Shown here: positions 39,336 to 47,157 of the stretch, piece by piece
Layout of the letters: each line of letters starts with the position of its first letter
Numbering within the stretch: the first letter of the stretch is position 1
Source: a candidate division CPR3 bacterium 4484_211
GTDB lineage: Bacteria > Patescibacteriota > 4484-211
Direction of reading: 5' to 3'
DNA length: 47,514 nucleotides
Assembly: GCA_002084955.1 (NCBI GenBank)
Contig: MZGJ01000005.1
Span: 1 to 47,514 of the forward strand
Position numbers and translations under genes: made by a program
The notes under the pieces: generated by a model
Databases searched by the model: none
Told to the model about the DNA's origin: nothing
The model's input: only the letters and a program-made list of their open reading frames with translations

Positions 39336-40934
39336 ATGCCCATCACAACCCAATTACTCAAACAAATACTTACACAAAAAGCCAGCTCAAAAGAGGATTT
39401 GAGAAAAATTAAGCGGAAATTTTCCCGGGAGCATAAAATCCCTTTAATAAAAAACTCCGACCTGCTGGCCGAGTACTGGAGACAAGTGAATCGGGGGAGT
39501 ATAAAAAGAGATTACTTCCTTGAGGACCTTTTGCAGTTAAAAAGTACCCGTACCCTTTCCGGAGTCTCTCCGGTAGCCATTTTTACTAAACCTTACCCCT
39601 GTCCTGGGAAATGCATCTATTGTCCCACAAAAAGCAATGTTCCCAAAAGCTACCTGCCAAATGAGCCGGCGGTCATGAGAGCGGAGCTTAATCAATATGA
39701 CCCAATTCTGCAGATCAAAAACCGCCTGCAGCAATATAAAAATATCGGTCATCCCACTGACAAAATCGACCTAATTATTAAAGGCGGCACCTGGTCCGCC
39801 TACCCGGTCAGCTATCGAAAATACTTTATTAAACAGTGCTACGCGGCTTGCAACAACAAGCTTCAGCCCGCACAGGAGCATACCAGCCTATTTAAAATTC
39901 AAAAAATTAACGAAACAGCCCAACACCGCCTTATCGGCATTAACATAGAAACTCGACCCGATCTAATAAATGAAGAGGAAATCAAAAGGCTAAGAAATTT
40001 TGGCGTGACGCGGGTAGAACTCGGAGTCCAAACCCTTGATGACAAAATCTTAAAACTGGTTAGGCGTGGACACGGGGTAAAAGATACGATTCGGGCAACC
40101 AGACTCCTAAAAGAAGCTGGTTTTAAAGTTGGATACCACATGATGCCCGGACTTCCCGGCAGTAATCCCCAAAAAGACGTGGAGATGTTTAAACAATTAT
40201 TTACTGATCCCCGTTTTCAACCTGACATGCTAAAAATCTACCCCTGCGTAATTACCAAAAACACCCAGCTTTATACCTGGTACAAGCAAGGAAAATACAC
40301 CCCCTATAACGACCGGGAGTTAATTGAACTCTTAATTGAAATAAAAAAGATCCTTCCGCCCTATGTACGTGTAGACCGGATTGGACGGGACATACCGGCA
40401 CCGGATATTATGGCCGGGTCTAAAATTTCCAATATCAGGCAGGTCGTCCAGAAAAGGATGAAAGAGCAAGAATTATCCTGTCAATGCATCCGTTGCCGTG
40501 AAATAAGAGAACATTCCAAGAAAATAATCTCACCGACATTAAAGAAAATTACCTATCCTGCCTCCGGCGGAAGGGAATATTTCCTTTCGTTTGTGTCAAC
40601 CGTGCCCTCATCAAGAGGCAAAGTCCTAACAAGAAATTTGCTGGCACTGCTTAGATTAAGGTTTACCACAGACAATAAAGCGATTATCCGTGAACTGCAC
40701 ACTTATGGAGTCTCAATTAAAATAGGGATCACCCCTCGTAGAGGCACAACCTTCAAGAAGGGGGTACAGCATCGAGGATTAGGCAAGAAACTCCTAGAAG
40801 CAGCCGAAAACATTGTCAACAAAAAGGGGGTTAACAAAATCGCTGTTATCTCCGGAGTGGGAGTCAGGGAATATTATCGAAAACTGGGATATAAACTAGA
40901 AGGGACATATATGGTAAAGAAACTGGGTGATTGA
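39336..40934 (+). CDS. elp3: Elp3-type tRNA U34 carboxymethyltransferase (radical SAM + GNAT)
   Basis: RTLSGV.PVA, CPGKCIYCP, PKSY, ETRPD, ELGVQ, IRCRE, RELH.YG, QHRGLG, ISGVGVREYYRKLGY. Confidence 0.93.
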   Translation: MPITTQLLKQILTQKASSKEDLRKIKRKFSREHKIPLIKNSDLLAEYWRQVNRGSIKRDYFLEDLLQLKSTRTLSGVSPVAIFTKPYPCPGKCIYCPTKSNVPKSYLPNEPAVMRAELNQYDPILQIKNRLQQYKNIGHPTDKIDLIIKGGTWSAYPVSYRKYFIKQCYAACNNKLQPAQEHTSLFKIQKINETAQHRLIGINIETRPDLINEEEIKRLRNFGVTRVELGVQTLDDKILKLVRRGHGVKDTIRATRLLKEAGFKVGYHMMPGLPGSNPQKDVEMFKQLFTDPRFQPDMLKIYPCVITKNTQLYTWYKQGKYTPYNDRELIELLIEIKKILPPYVRVDRIGRDIPAPDIMAGSKISNIRQVVQKRMKEQELSCQCIRCREIREHSKKIISPTLKKITYPASGGREYFLSFVSTVPSSRGKVLTRNLLALLRLRFTTDNKAIIRELHTYGVSIKIGITPRRGTTFKKGVQHRGLGKKLLEAAENIVNKKGVNKIAVISGVGVREYYRKLGYKLEGTYMVKKLGD

Positions 40935-40944
40935 GTAATTGTGA

Positions 40945-40974
40945 GAATCCAGAATTCAGAATTCAGAATCCAGG
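40945..40974 (+). repeat. 7-bp tandem repeat AGAAT(C/T)C x4
   Basis: AGAATCC AGAATTC AGAATTC AGAATCC just after the elp3 stop. Confidence 0.8.
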
Positions 40975-41049
40975 ATAAAGAAAGGAAATTGGAATTAAGT
41001 AGGCAGAAAAGAGATATTCAGGCTGAATAGGGAATAAGGTAGGGAATAA

Positions 41050-41076
41050 GGTGACACCCTTTTTAAGGGTGTCACC
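41050..41076. repeat. REP-like hairpin GGTGACACCCTT-TTT-AAGGGTGTCACC
   Basis: 12-bp perfect stem; same family as 39095-39131. Confidence 0.9.
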
Positions 41077-41195
41077 CCTTTTATCCCTTCTATTACAATA
41101 AAATTTGACGTCCTTAATCTTAATTCACAGAAAGGAGAAAGAAGGGTTAGATAGTGGGCACACCTCTCTGGGGCACGACCTTTAAAATAAGTACC

Positions 41196-42161
41196 CTAAT
41201 CAGAGCTAACCAAGTCCTCTATTTTCTGCGGGAAATCCTCAACGGTATATGAAGGCAGGATGTAAATAATCTCTGACTGGTTGGTCTTAACAAAATAATC
41301 CTCGTTTTCATCCTGATTACCAATAGCCAATTCATAAAGACTGCCGTCTTTTAAATTTATGACATATTTCCACTGAGGATTATTCAATCCTGCCAGCTCC
41401 AGGTTGCCTTTCATCTGCAAGTCATTAGCCCTTAAACTAGAAAGAGTAGTAATAAAAGTTTGAATTTTCTTGGAGTCTAGACTCCCTTTGGCCGGCGATT
41501 CCTTAGAGCCAGGCTCTAAAGAATTCTCAAGAGCCTGGCTCTTTTCCTCGCCGGTTAGTTTCCATTCGCCATCCTTTTTCTCCAAAGTAAAACTATTGCC
41601 CTGATGCCAAACGGCAACCGAGCTAACATCATCGGCGACAAATTTTAACACCACCAGATTTCTCCACTCGGCCGTTGGCGAGAAGCCGGACAGCCACTCA
41701 GAAACCAAATAAACTCTGTCCTCACCTTCTTTCCGTATATAGGTGGTACCATATCCAGGCCCGGACTTGCCCAAATAATAGTCGGCAGTCAATGAATCAT
41801 CTCGGAACAGCCTAATTCTTATCCCAGATTCATCCACCTGCATATCCTTCTGCTTCTCTGGATTGGTGGAAATCAGCTCACTGCGGCTTAAACCGCCAGT
41901 TGTTTCCAGTAAATTGGCCACTTTCTGTTCATCCGCCAAAGCTTTTTCTTTTGTCTCAACCACCCACCGCGAATTTTCCTTTATCAGCTTGATTTCATCA
42001 TCTCCCTTTTTAACCTCAATCCGGTTAACTTCCTCCTTATTGAAGTGAGGGAAAAGCTTTGTTTCCCCACGCCCCCAGGGAAGACCACGGGTTAATAAGT
42101 AACCAATACCAATAAGAAAAACTAAAATAAAAAGAAGCAATATATTTTTATTCTTTAACAC
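41196..42161 (-). CDS. DUF4340 domain protein (Gld-type ABC operon accessory)
   Basis: N-terminal TM; two repeats of L.K....W...D..K(V/I) and GL..P; follows the GldG-like gene. Start taken as GTG 42161 (ORF open to 42194). Confidence 0.8.
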   Translation of the reverse strand: MLKNKNILLLFILVFLIGIGYLLTRGLPWGRGETKLFPHFNKEEVNRIEVKKGDDEIKLIKENSRWVVETKEKALADEQKVANLLETTGGLSRSELISTNPEKQKDMQVDESGIRIRLFRDDSLTADYYLGKSGPGYGTTYIRKEGEDRVYLVSEWLSGFSPTAEWRNLVVLKFVADDVSSVAVWHQGNSFTLEKKDGEWKLTGEEKSQALENSLEPGSKESPAKGSLDSKKIQTFITTLSSLRANDLQMKGNLELAGLNNPQWKYVINLKDGSLYELAIGNQDENEDYFVKTNQSEIIYILPSYTVEDFPQKIEDLVSSD

Positions 42162-42283
42162 AATAGGAGACGCAAAACGCAAAATCAAAACCACAGATTA
42201 AAACTAAAAAGCTTTAGATTGTGGTCTTTGCGTTTTCCACTTCAAGTTTTAAGATCCCATATCCTACCTATATCTTACCTTCA

Positions 42284-43840
42284 TCATTCAACCTTTGACC
42301 TTTTGTACATCCACACCACCCCGAACAAAATTAAGCCCAAAGCCGGGCCCAAAATATTGGCGTATTTTATCTGCAGTTTGAGCGGGTCTGAAACCGCCCT
42401 CAGCGGCCTAAAAGTTTGTCCCTTGGCCCTGATAGACGAAAGGGCACTTTCCGATGCCGCATAGTCCAGCATATTGGCAAAAAGATAAAAATTATTCTCA
42501 TCCCCCTGAATAAACCGATCGCTAATGAAATCAGCATCTCCTGCCACAAACAATTTAGCCGATTCCGCTTGCTCTTTATAGCCTTCTGCATCCACTTCTT
42601 CCGGAAGCGAATCCCGAGCAAAAGCACTTTTAATTTCCCCCTCAATTAAAGCTATTAAAATTTTTTCAGAAGCGTCATCGGGCACTTTAAACCTCTGGGT
42701 GGGATCAAGATTATAGGCATCACTCTGCACCCACGACCTGGGGCTGGATTTTACTAAGTCGGTAAATTCAACTCCGTCAGGAAACTTATCTTTTTCTACA
42801 TTTAAAGACGAAACCCACGGGAAAACAGCTGTTTCCAACTGCCTGGTTATCACCGAATTACTGCTTAGTCCCGCAGAGGTAATCCGCGGCCAAAAAGGAT
42901 AAGAAACAAAAAATGAGCTCTGACCGGTGTTAAAACTGGCAATTTCATTACTGGCATCCAAAACCAAGTTATGATTAACACTAACTCCATAGCTTTTTAG
43001 CCAATTAAAAACATTACTCTGGGCTTTCACCGCCTGCAGCCCCTGTTCTACCTTTACGCCGTCAATCAGAAAAAACACTGCTTTATTTTGCATAAGAAAC
43101 TGATCTACCAAATACCTTTCCTGATCAGAAAAATCTTTCTGCGGGCCAGCGATAATTAGAACACTCGTGCCGTCAGGCAGATCGTCCCCAGAAGTTAAGT
43201 CAACATCCTGCATTTGATACTGCTTCTGCAAAGCCCGGGAAACACTGCTTAGACCATTGGATAATGTTTTTTCTTCATGACCGGAAATAAAGACTACTTT
43301 TGGCTTTTCGGGGCGGGTTAAGTTGGCAATAGCCAAACTAATCTGGTATTCTAAATTACCGGTATCTTGAATAAAAGAAATTGTTTCATTTTTATCAGCA
43401 TAAAGAACAGCTAAACCAAAATACCCCTGAACCACCTCCAGTTTTTCCGACTGAATATCACTAAACTGCACCGGATAAATTCCTAAAGAATTGGCCGTCT
43501 GCATCGCCTCTGCATTGGTGCCGGGGTCAAAATACTGTACCTTTACCTTATTTCGCGCGGCATTTTGGTACTCCCACAGCAAGTCTTTTACCTGCTGGTA
43601 AACGGGGCTAAATCGCGCCGGCAGTTTCTTGGAAGCAAAAACCTTAATCGTCACCAGATCGTCAATATTTCTCACAATATCTTTGCTGGCCGGCGACAAA
43701 CTAAATCTTTTATTAGCCGTTAAATCTAAACGCAGGGGGAAGAGAGTAAGGATATAGTTGAGAGTAATAACTACACCGATAACCAGAGCCACATTGGCCA
43801 CTTCATTAAATTGTTGAACAAATACTTTCAATCTACGCAT
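42284..43840 (-). CDS. GldG family ABC transporter substrate-binding/auxiliary protein
   Basis: RLDLT.NKRFSLS..S, F.SGHEE, LIIAGP..D, GDADF, N..LF.N..DY, C-terminal TM. Confidence 0.88.
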   Translation of the reverse strand: MRRLKVFVQQFNEVANVALVIGVVITLNYILTLFPLRLDLTANKRFSLSPASKDIVRNIDDLVTIKVFASKKLPARFSPVYQQVKDLLWEYQNAARNKVKVQYFDPGTNAEAMQTANSLGIYPVQFSDIQSEKLEVVQGYFGLAVLYADKNETISFIQDTGNLEYQISLAIANLTRPEKPKVVFISGHEEKTLSNGLSSVSRALQKQYQMQDVDLTSGDDLPDGTSVLIIAGPQKDFSDQERYLVDQFLMQNKAVFFLIDGVKVEQGLQAVKAQSNVFNWLKSYGVSVNHNLVLDASNEIASFNTGQSSFFVSYPFWPRITSAGLSSNSVITRQLETAVFPWVSSLNVEKDKFPDGVEFTDLVKSSPRSWVQSDAYNLDPTQRFKVPDDASEKILIALIEGEIKSAFARDSLPEEVDAEGYKEQAESAKLFVAGDADFISDRFIQGDENNFYLFANMLDYAASESALSSIRAKGQTFRPLRAVSDPLKLQIKYANILGPALGLILFGVVWMYKRSKVE

Positions 43841-43900
43841 ATTCTTAGAACTTATTAACTGAATAACTGATTAACTTAATAACCGATTAACACCTAAATT

Positions 43901-44255
43901 GTTATTCCATCATTCCGTTATTCTGTTATTCCGTTGTTCTGTTATTCCGTTATTCTGTTATTCCGTTGTTCTGTTATTCTGTTATTCCGTTATTCTGTTA
44001 TTCCGTTATTCTGTTATTCCGTTGTTCTGTTATTCCGTTGTTCTGTTATTCCGTTATTCTGTTATTCTGTTATTCTGTTATTCCGTTGTTCTGTTATTCC
44101 GTTATTCTGTTATTCTGTTATTCTGTTATTCCGTTATTCTGTTATTCCGTTATTCTGTTATTCCGTTGTTCTGTTATTCTGTTGTTCTGTTATTCCGTTA
44201 TTCTGTTATTCTGTTATTCCGTTATTCTGTTATTCCGTTATTCTGTTATTCCGTT
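43901..44255. repeat. Tandem array of 44 8-bp units (GTTATTCC / GTTATTCT / GTTGTTCT)
   Basis: Parsed by hand in unbroken 8-bp register: 18 GTTATTCC, 18 GTTATTCT, 7 GTTGTTCT, 1 ATCATTCC. Confidence 0.97.
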
Positions 44256-44628
44256 TCTTTAACCTCGCATCTTTCCTAACTTTAGATGAGAAGGCAGATA
44301 ATTGCCTATTTAGGCCCTCTGCCCTTTTTAACCAATATCTGTGTTCTTCGTCCGTTATATATCCATCATCATGAGCAGCATCCAAACAAGCCACAACTTC
44401 GTCCAATGAGGTCAGTGATATGTTTAAAAATTTGCTAAACTCAAGATCTGAATACTTGGCTGATCCTTCAGCGATATTAAGTAGTATCGAATCTAGAGCA
44501 CGCCATAACTGATCAGTAAGACCAAACCGCTCATCCCTTGGGAACTTCTTTCTAGAAAACTCTTTCAGCTCCTTCCTAAGCTTTCTAATCTCTTTATAAA
44601 CTGGAAACTCTCTAAATCTAAAAATCAC
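44230..44628 (-). CDS. Four helix bundle protein (TIGR02436 / 23S rRNA IVS protein family, Avd-like fold)
   Basis: F.FREFPVY, FP.DERFGLTDQL.RA..SI.LNIAEG, F..FL.I...SL.E, D.GYI. Confidence 0.92.
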   Translation of the reverse strand: MIFRFREFPVYKEIRKLRKELKEFSRKKFPRDERFGLTDQLWRALDSILLNIAEGSAKYSDLEFSKFLNISLTSLDEVVACLDAAHDDGYITDEEHRYWLKRAEGLNRQLSAFSSKVRKDARLKKRNNRITE

Positions 44629-44638
44629 CCTATTAATC

Positions 44639-44720
44639 GTTATTCCGTTATTTTGTTACTCTGTCATTCTGTTATTCAGTTATTCTGTTATTCCGTTGTT
44701 CTGTTATTCAGTTATTCAGT
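44639..44720. repeat. Second, more degenerate array of 10 8-bp units (GTTATTCN)
   Basis: Same unit and orientation as 43901-44255; contains the stop codon of the permease gene. Confidence 0.93.
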
Positions 44721-45418
44721 CTTTTCCCTGTCAAATACAGAAGCACTCCGGTAAATGATACAAAATAAACAACATCCCTTAGGTCTATTATCCCCTTGGC
44801 CATGTTTTGGAAATGGGTCAGGAAACTGACAAATCTAAAAAGCGGCGCAATGACATCGGGAGTACGGTCAAGAAAAAAACTGGTCCCCGTCACATAAAGC
44901 AGGAAACCAATTACCGCCGTTAGGGAGAAGCTGACAATTTGATTGTCGCTTAAAGCAGAAACAAAAAGGCCCAAGCTAAGATATAAAGCTCCCAAAAGAA
45001 GCGAGGCCAGATAGCCGCCGACTATCGGGCCTGGCTCCGGATGACCCAAGGCCGCCAAAGTAAAGGGAACACTGCCCGTTAAAACCAAGGCCAAGATGAG
45101 AATTAAAAAACTGCCCACGAATTTTCCCAAAACGACCCTGCCACTGGTAAGAGGCAAAGTTAAAAGCACCTCCAAAGTTTTGGCTCGTTTTTCTTCGGCA
45201 AAAGAAGCCATACTCAAGGCCGGAATTAAAAATAAATAGACAACAACCAAGTTCTGGAAAAAATCGCGCATTTCCGCCTGATTTACCAAAAAGAAATTCT
45301 GGAAAAAAAGCCAGTTGACCAAAATTAAAAAAAGACCCACAGCTACATAGGCGGTAGGGGAGTAAAGGAAAAAAGCCAGTTCTTTTTTAACAATAGCAAT
45401 AAGAGATCTTTTCATCAT
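44708..45418 (-). CDS. ABC-2 permease, GldF-like
   Basis: KEL..F..SP.AY, PALSM..FAEEKR..TLE.LLTLP, GKF, SA...NQI, G.IDLRD..YF. Confidence 0.9.
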   Translation of the reverse strand: MMKRSLIAIVKKELAFFLYSPTAYVAVGLFLILVNWLFFQNFFLVNQAEMRDFFQNLVVVYLFLIPALSMASFAEEKRAKTLEVLLTLPLTSGRVVLGKFVGSFLILILALVLTGSVPFTLAALGHPEPGPIVGGYLASLLLGALYLSLGLFVSALSDNQIVSFSLTAVIGFLLYVTGTSFFLDRTPDVIAPLFRFVSFLTHFQNMAKGIIDLRDVVYFVSFTGVLLYLTGKRLNN

Positions 45419-45568
45419 GTATTTTTTTGAACGCTGAGTAACCCAATAACCAATCAACTTATTAACTTAACGGGGGCTAATTCGTCAAATATCAAATTAA
45501 AAATGCCAAACCAAATCCAAATGACAAATTTCAAACAAGGGCCAAATTACAATTTTTACAATCCTAAC

Positions 45569-45714
45569 CACGGGAAAATTTTGGTTACTTGAATTTTGAA
45601 TTTGCTTGTAATTTGGTACTTGGTTCTTGTCATCATAACTAGAACATAATGCTGCACTTTGTCTGTAATAGCAGACTCCTGCCGTGTACCGAATGAGACT
45701 GCGGTCAATCTGCG
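45569..45714 (-). repeat. Composite dispersed element, copy 3 (inverted)
   Basis: Reverse complement aligns with 29470-29585; carries the GCCGTGTACC module at 45681-45714. Confidence 0.8.
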
Positions 45715-45755
45715 TTGAATAAATTTGTAATATATTCAGTTACTCCGTTACTCAG

Positions 45756-46463
45756 TCATTCCGTTGGCAGAGTCAATTCTCTAAACACCTCCTCCAGTGT
45801 TTTATCCGCATCCGTAGTTAGTTCCCGCAAATTTCCCTGCCCAACAATTTTCCCGTGACTGATAATAATCACCCGATTGCAGGTGAGCTCAACTTCGGAA
45901 AGGATATGAGTAGATAGAATAACCGTTTTTTCTTTGCCCAATTCTTTAATTAGCTCTCTAATTTCCACAATTTGATTAGGATCTAGACCGGAAGTGGGTT
46001 CATCCATAATAAGAACCGGGGGCTTGTGAAGCATCGCCGCCGCCAACCCCACCCGTTGACGATAACCTTTGGAAAGTTTTTGGATTTCCTTTTTAAGCAC
46101 CTCCTGAATGCCACAAACTTCTATCATCTCCTCCACCTGACTCTGATCGGTTATACCTCGCACTTCGGCAATAAAGCGCAGATATTCGCGGACTTTTAGA
46201 AAATGATAAAGAGGATTATCCTCCGGCAAATAGCCAATTCGGCGCTTAACTTCTACGGGAGATTCGCCAACCTTTAACCCGTCAACAATAATCTGCCCCT
46301 CGTCTGCCGGGAAAAATCCGGTAATCAGGCGCATGGTAGTAGTCTTGCCGGCGCCGTTGGGACCAAGAAAGCCCAAAATCTCACCGGCTTTTACTTCAAA
46401 GGAGACATCTTCCACCGCCGCTTTCAATCCGAATCTTTTGGTTACGTTCTTCAACTCAATCAT
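45756..46463 (-). CDS. ABC transporter ATP-binding protein, GldA-like
   Basis: GPNGAGKTT, GYLPE.NPLY, LSKGYRQRVGLA, DEPTSGLDPNQ, STHIL.EV. Confidence 0.93.
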   Translation of the reverse strand: MIELKNVTKRFGLKAAVEDVSFEVKAGEILGFLGPNGAGKTTTMRLITGFFPADEGQIIVDGLKVGESPVEVKRRIGYLPEDNPLYHFLKVREYLRFIAEVRGITDQSQVEEMIEVCGIQEVLKKEIQKLSKGYRQRVGLAAAMLHKPPVLIMDEPTSGLDPNQIVEIRELIKELGKEKTVILSTHILSEVELTCNRVIIISHGKIVGQGNLRELTTDADKTLEEVFRELTLPTE

Positions 46464-46537
46464 AAGCTGTTAAACAGTCTACCAATGAGGCATCACTTTT
46501 TCAAGTCTTACAAACATGTTAAAATAGTGTTGTTAAA

Positions 46538-46628
46538 GACGGGTCGGTAAATGCCAACCCGGTTGTAATTACAATAACCAAGCGCCAAATTACAAACAAA
46601 TTCTAAATCCAAAATCCAAATAATCAAA
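46538..46628 (+). repeat. Dispersed element, copy 4
   Basis: 64/68 identity of 46561-46628 to 9584-9651; about 25 bp upstream also similar. Confidence 0.85.
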
Positions 46629-46713
46629 GCTTGCCCGTATTTAGAATTCGGAAATTGTCATTTGGACATTGTTTGAAATCAACCACAGGGAGAAGATAGC
46701 TTAAAGATAACTT

Positions 46714-46803
46714 GCCGAAGTGGCGGAATTGGTAGACGCGCAACGTTGAGGTCGTTGTCCCCATTGAATGGGGGTGGAGGTTCAAGTCCTCTCTTCGGCA
46801 CCA
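46714..46803 (+). tRNA. tRNA-Leu(GAG)
   Basis: GCCGAAGTGGCGGAATTGGTAGACGCG, CAACG-TT-GAG-GT-CGTTG, long variable arm, A-CCA. Confidence 0.95.
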
Positions 46804-46809
46804 AGCACT

Positions 46810-46886
46810 CGGGGATTGGCGCAGTTGGCTAGCGCGCCACGTTTGGGACGTGGAGGCCGTCGGTTCAAGTCCGACATCCCCGACCA
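46810..46886 (+). tRNA. tRNA-Pro(TGG)
   Basis: CGGGGATTGGCGCAG...CCACG-TT-TGG-GA-CGTGG...GGTTCAAGTCC...A-CCA. Confidence 0.95.
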
Positions 46887-47157
46887 GCGACTCACCGCCC
46901 TCCTGACAGCAGAGAGAGAAAAATCCTTCCCCCAAGCTTCTTTTTTGCCCACCTGCTTGGCGACAACACAATTTTTTTGGCAGGCGGCGAGACCGACATG
47001 TTCATAGTCGCCCCCACTCCACCTATATGCGAGGGCGACAAAAGGAAACCCCCTTGATGCTTTTTCTTTACTTTTTCTGGGTAATTAGTTATCATTATGG
47101 TAGAAAAATAAGAAAGTTTAGAATATAATCTATACATTTTAATATTAAACAATAACT

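Noticed and set aside
1557-42649. Many antisense or alternate-frame ORFs of 60-175 aa inside larger genes
   Set aside because: Shadow ORFs of confidently assigned genes, with no independent motifs.
43899-44374. Three overlapping plus-strand ORFs of repetitive LFCYSVI peptides
   Set aside because: By-product of an 8-bp repeat with no stops on that strand; antisense to the operon, with TTG starts and no RBS.
44230-44628. Diversity-generating retroelement or 23S rRNA intervening sequence
   Set aside because: Avd-like fold only; no reverse transcriptase, no TR/VR pair and no rRNA seen in the window.
43901-44720. CRISPR array
   Set aside because: Contiguous 8-bp units with no unique spacers, and no cas genes in the window.
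42284-46463. Gliding motility machinery
   Set aside because: GldA/F/G-like ABC systems are widespread in non-gliding bacteria, and no motor or T9SS genes are present.
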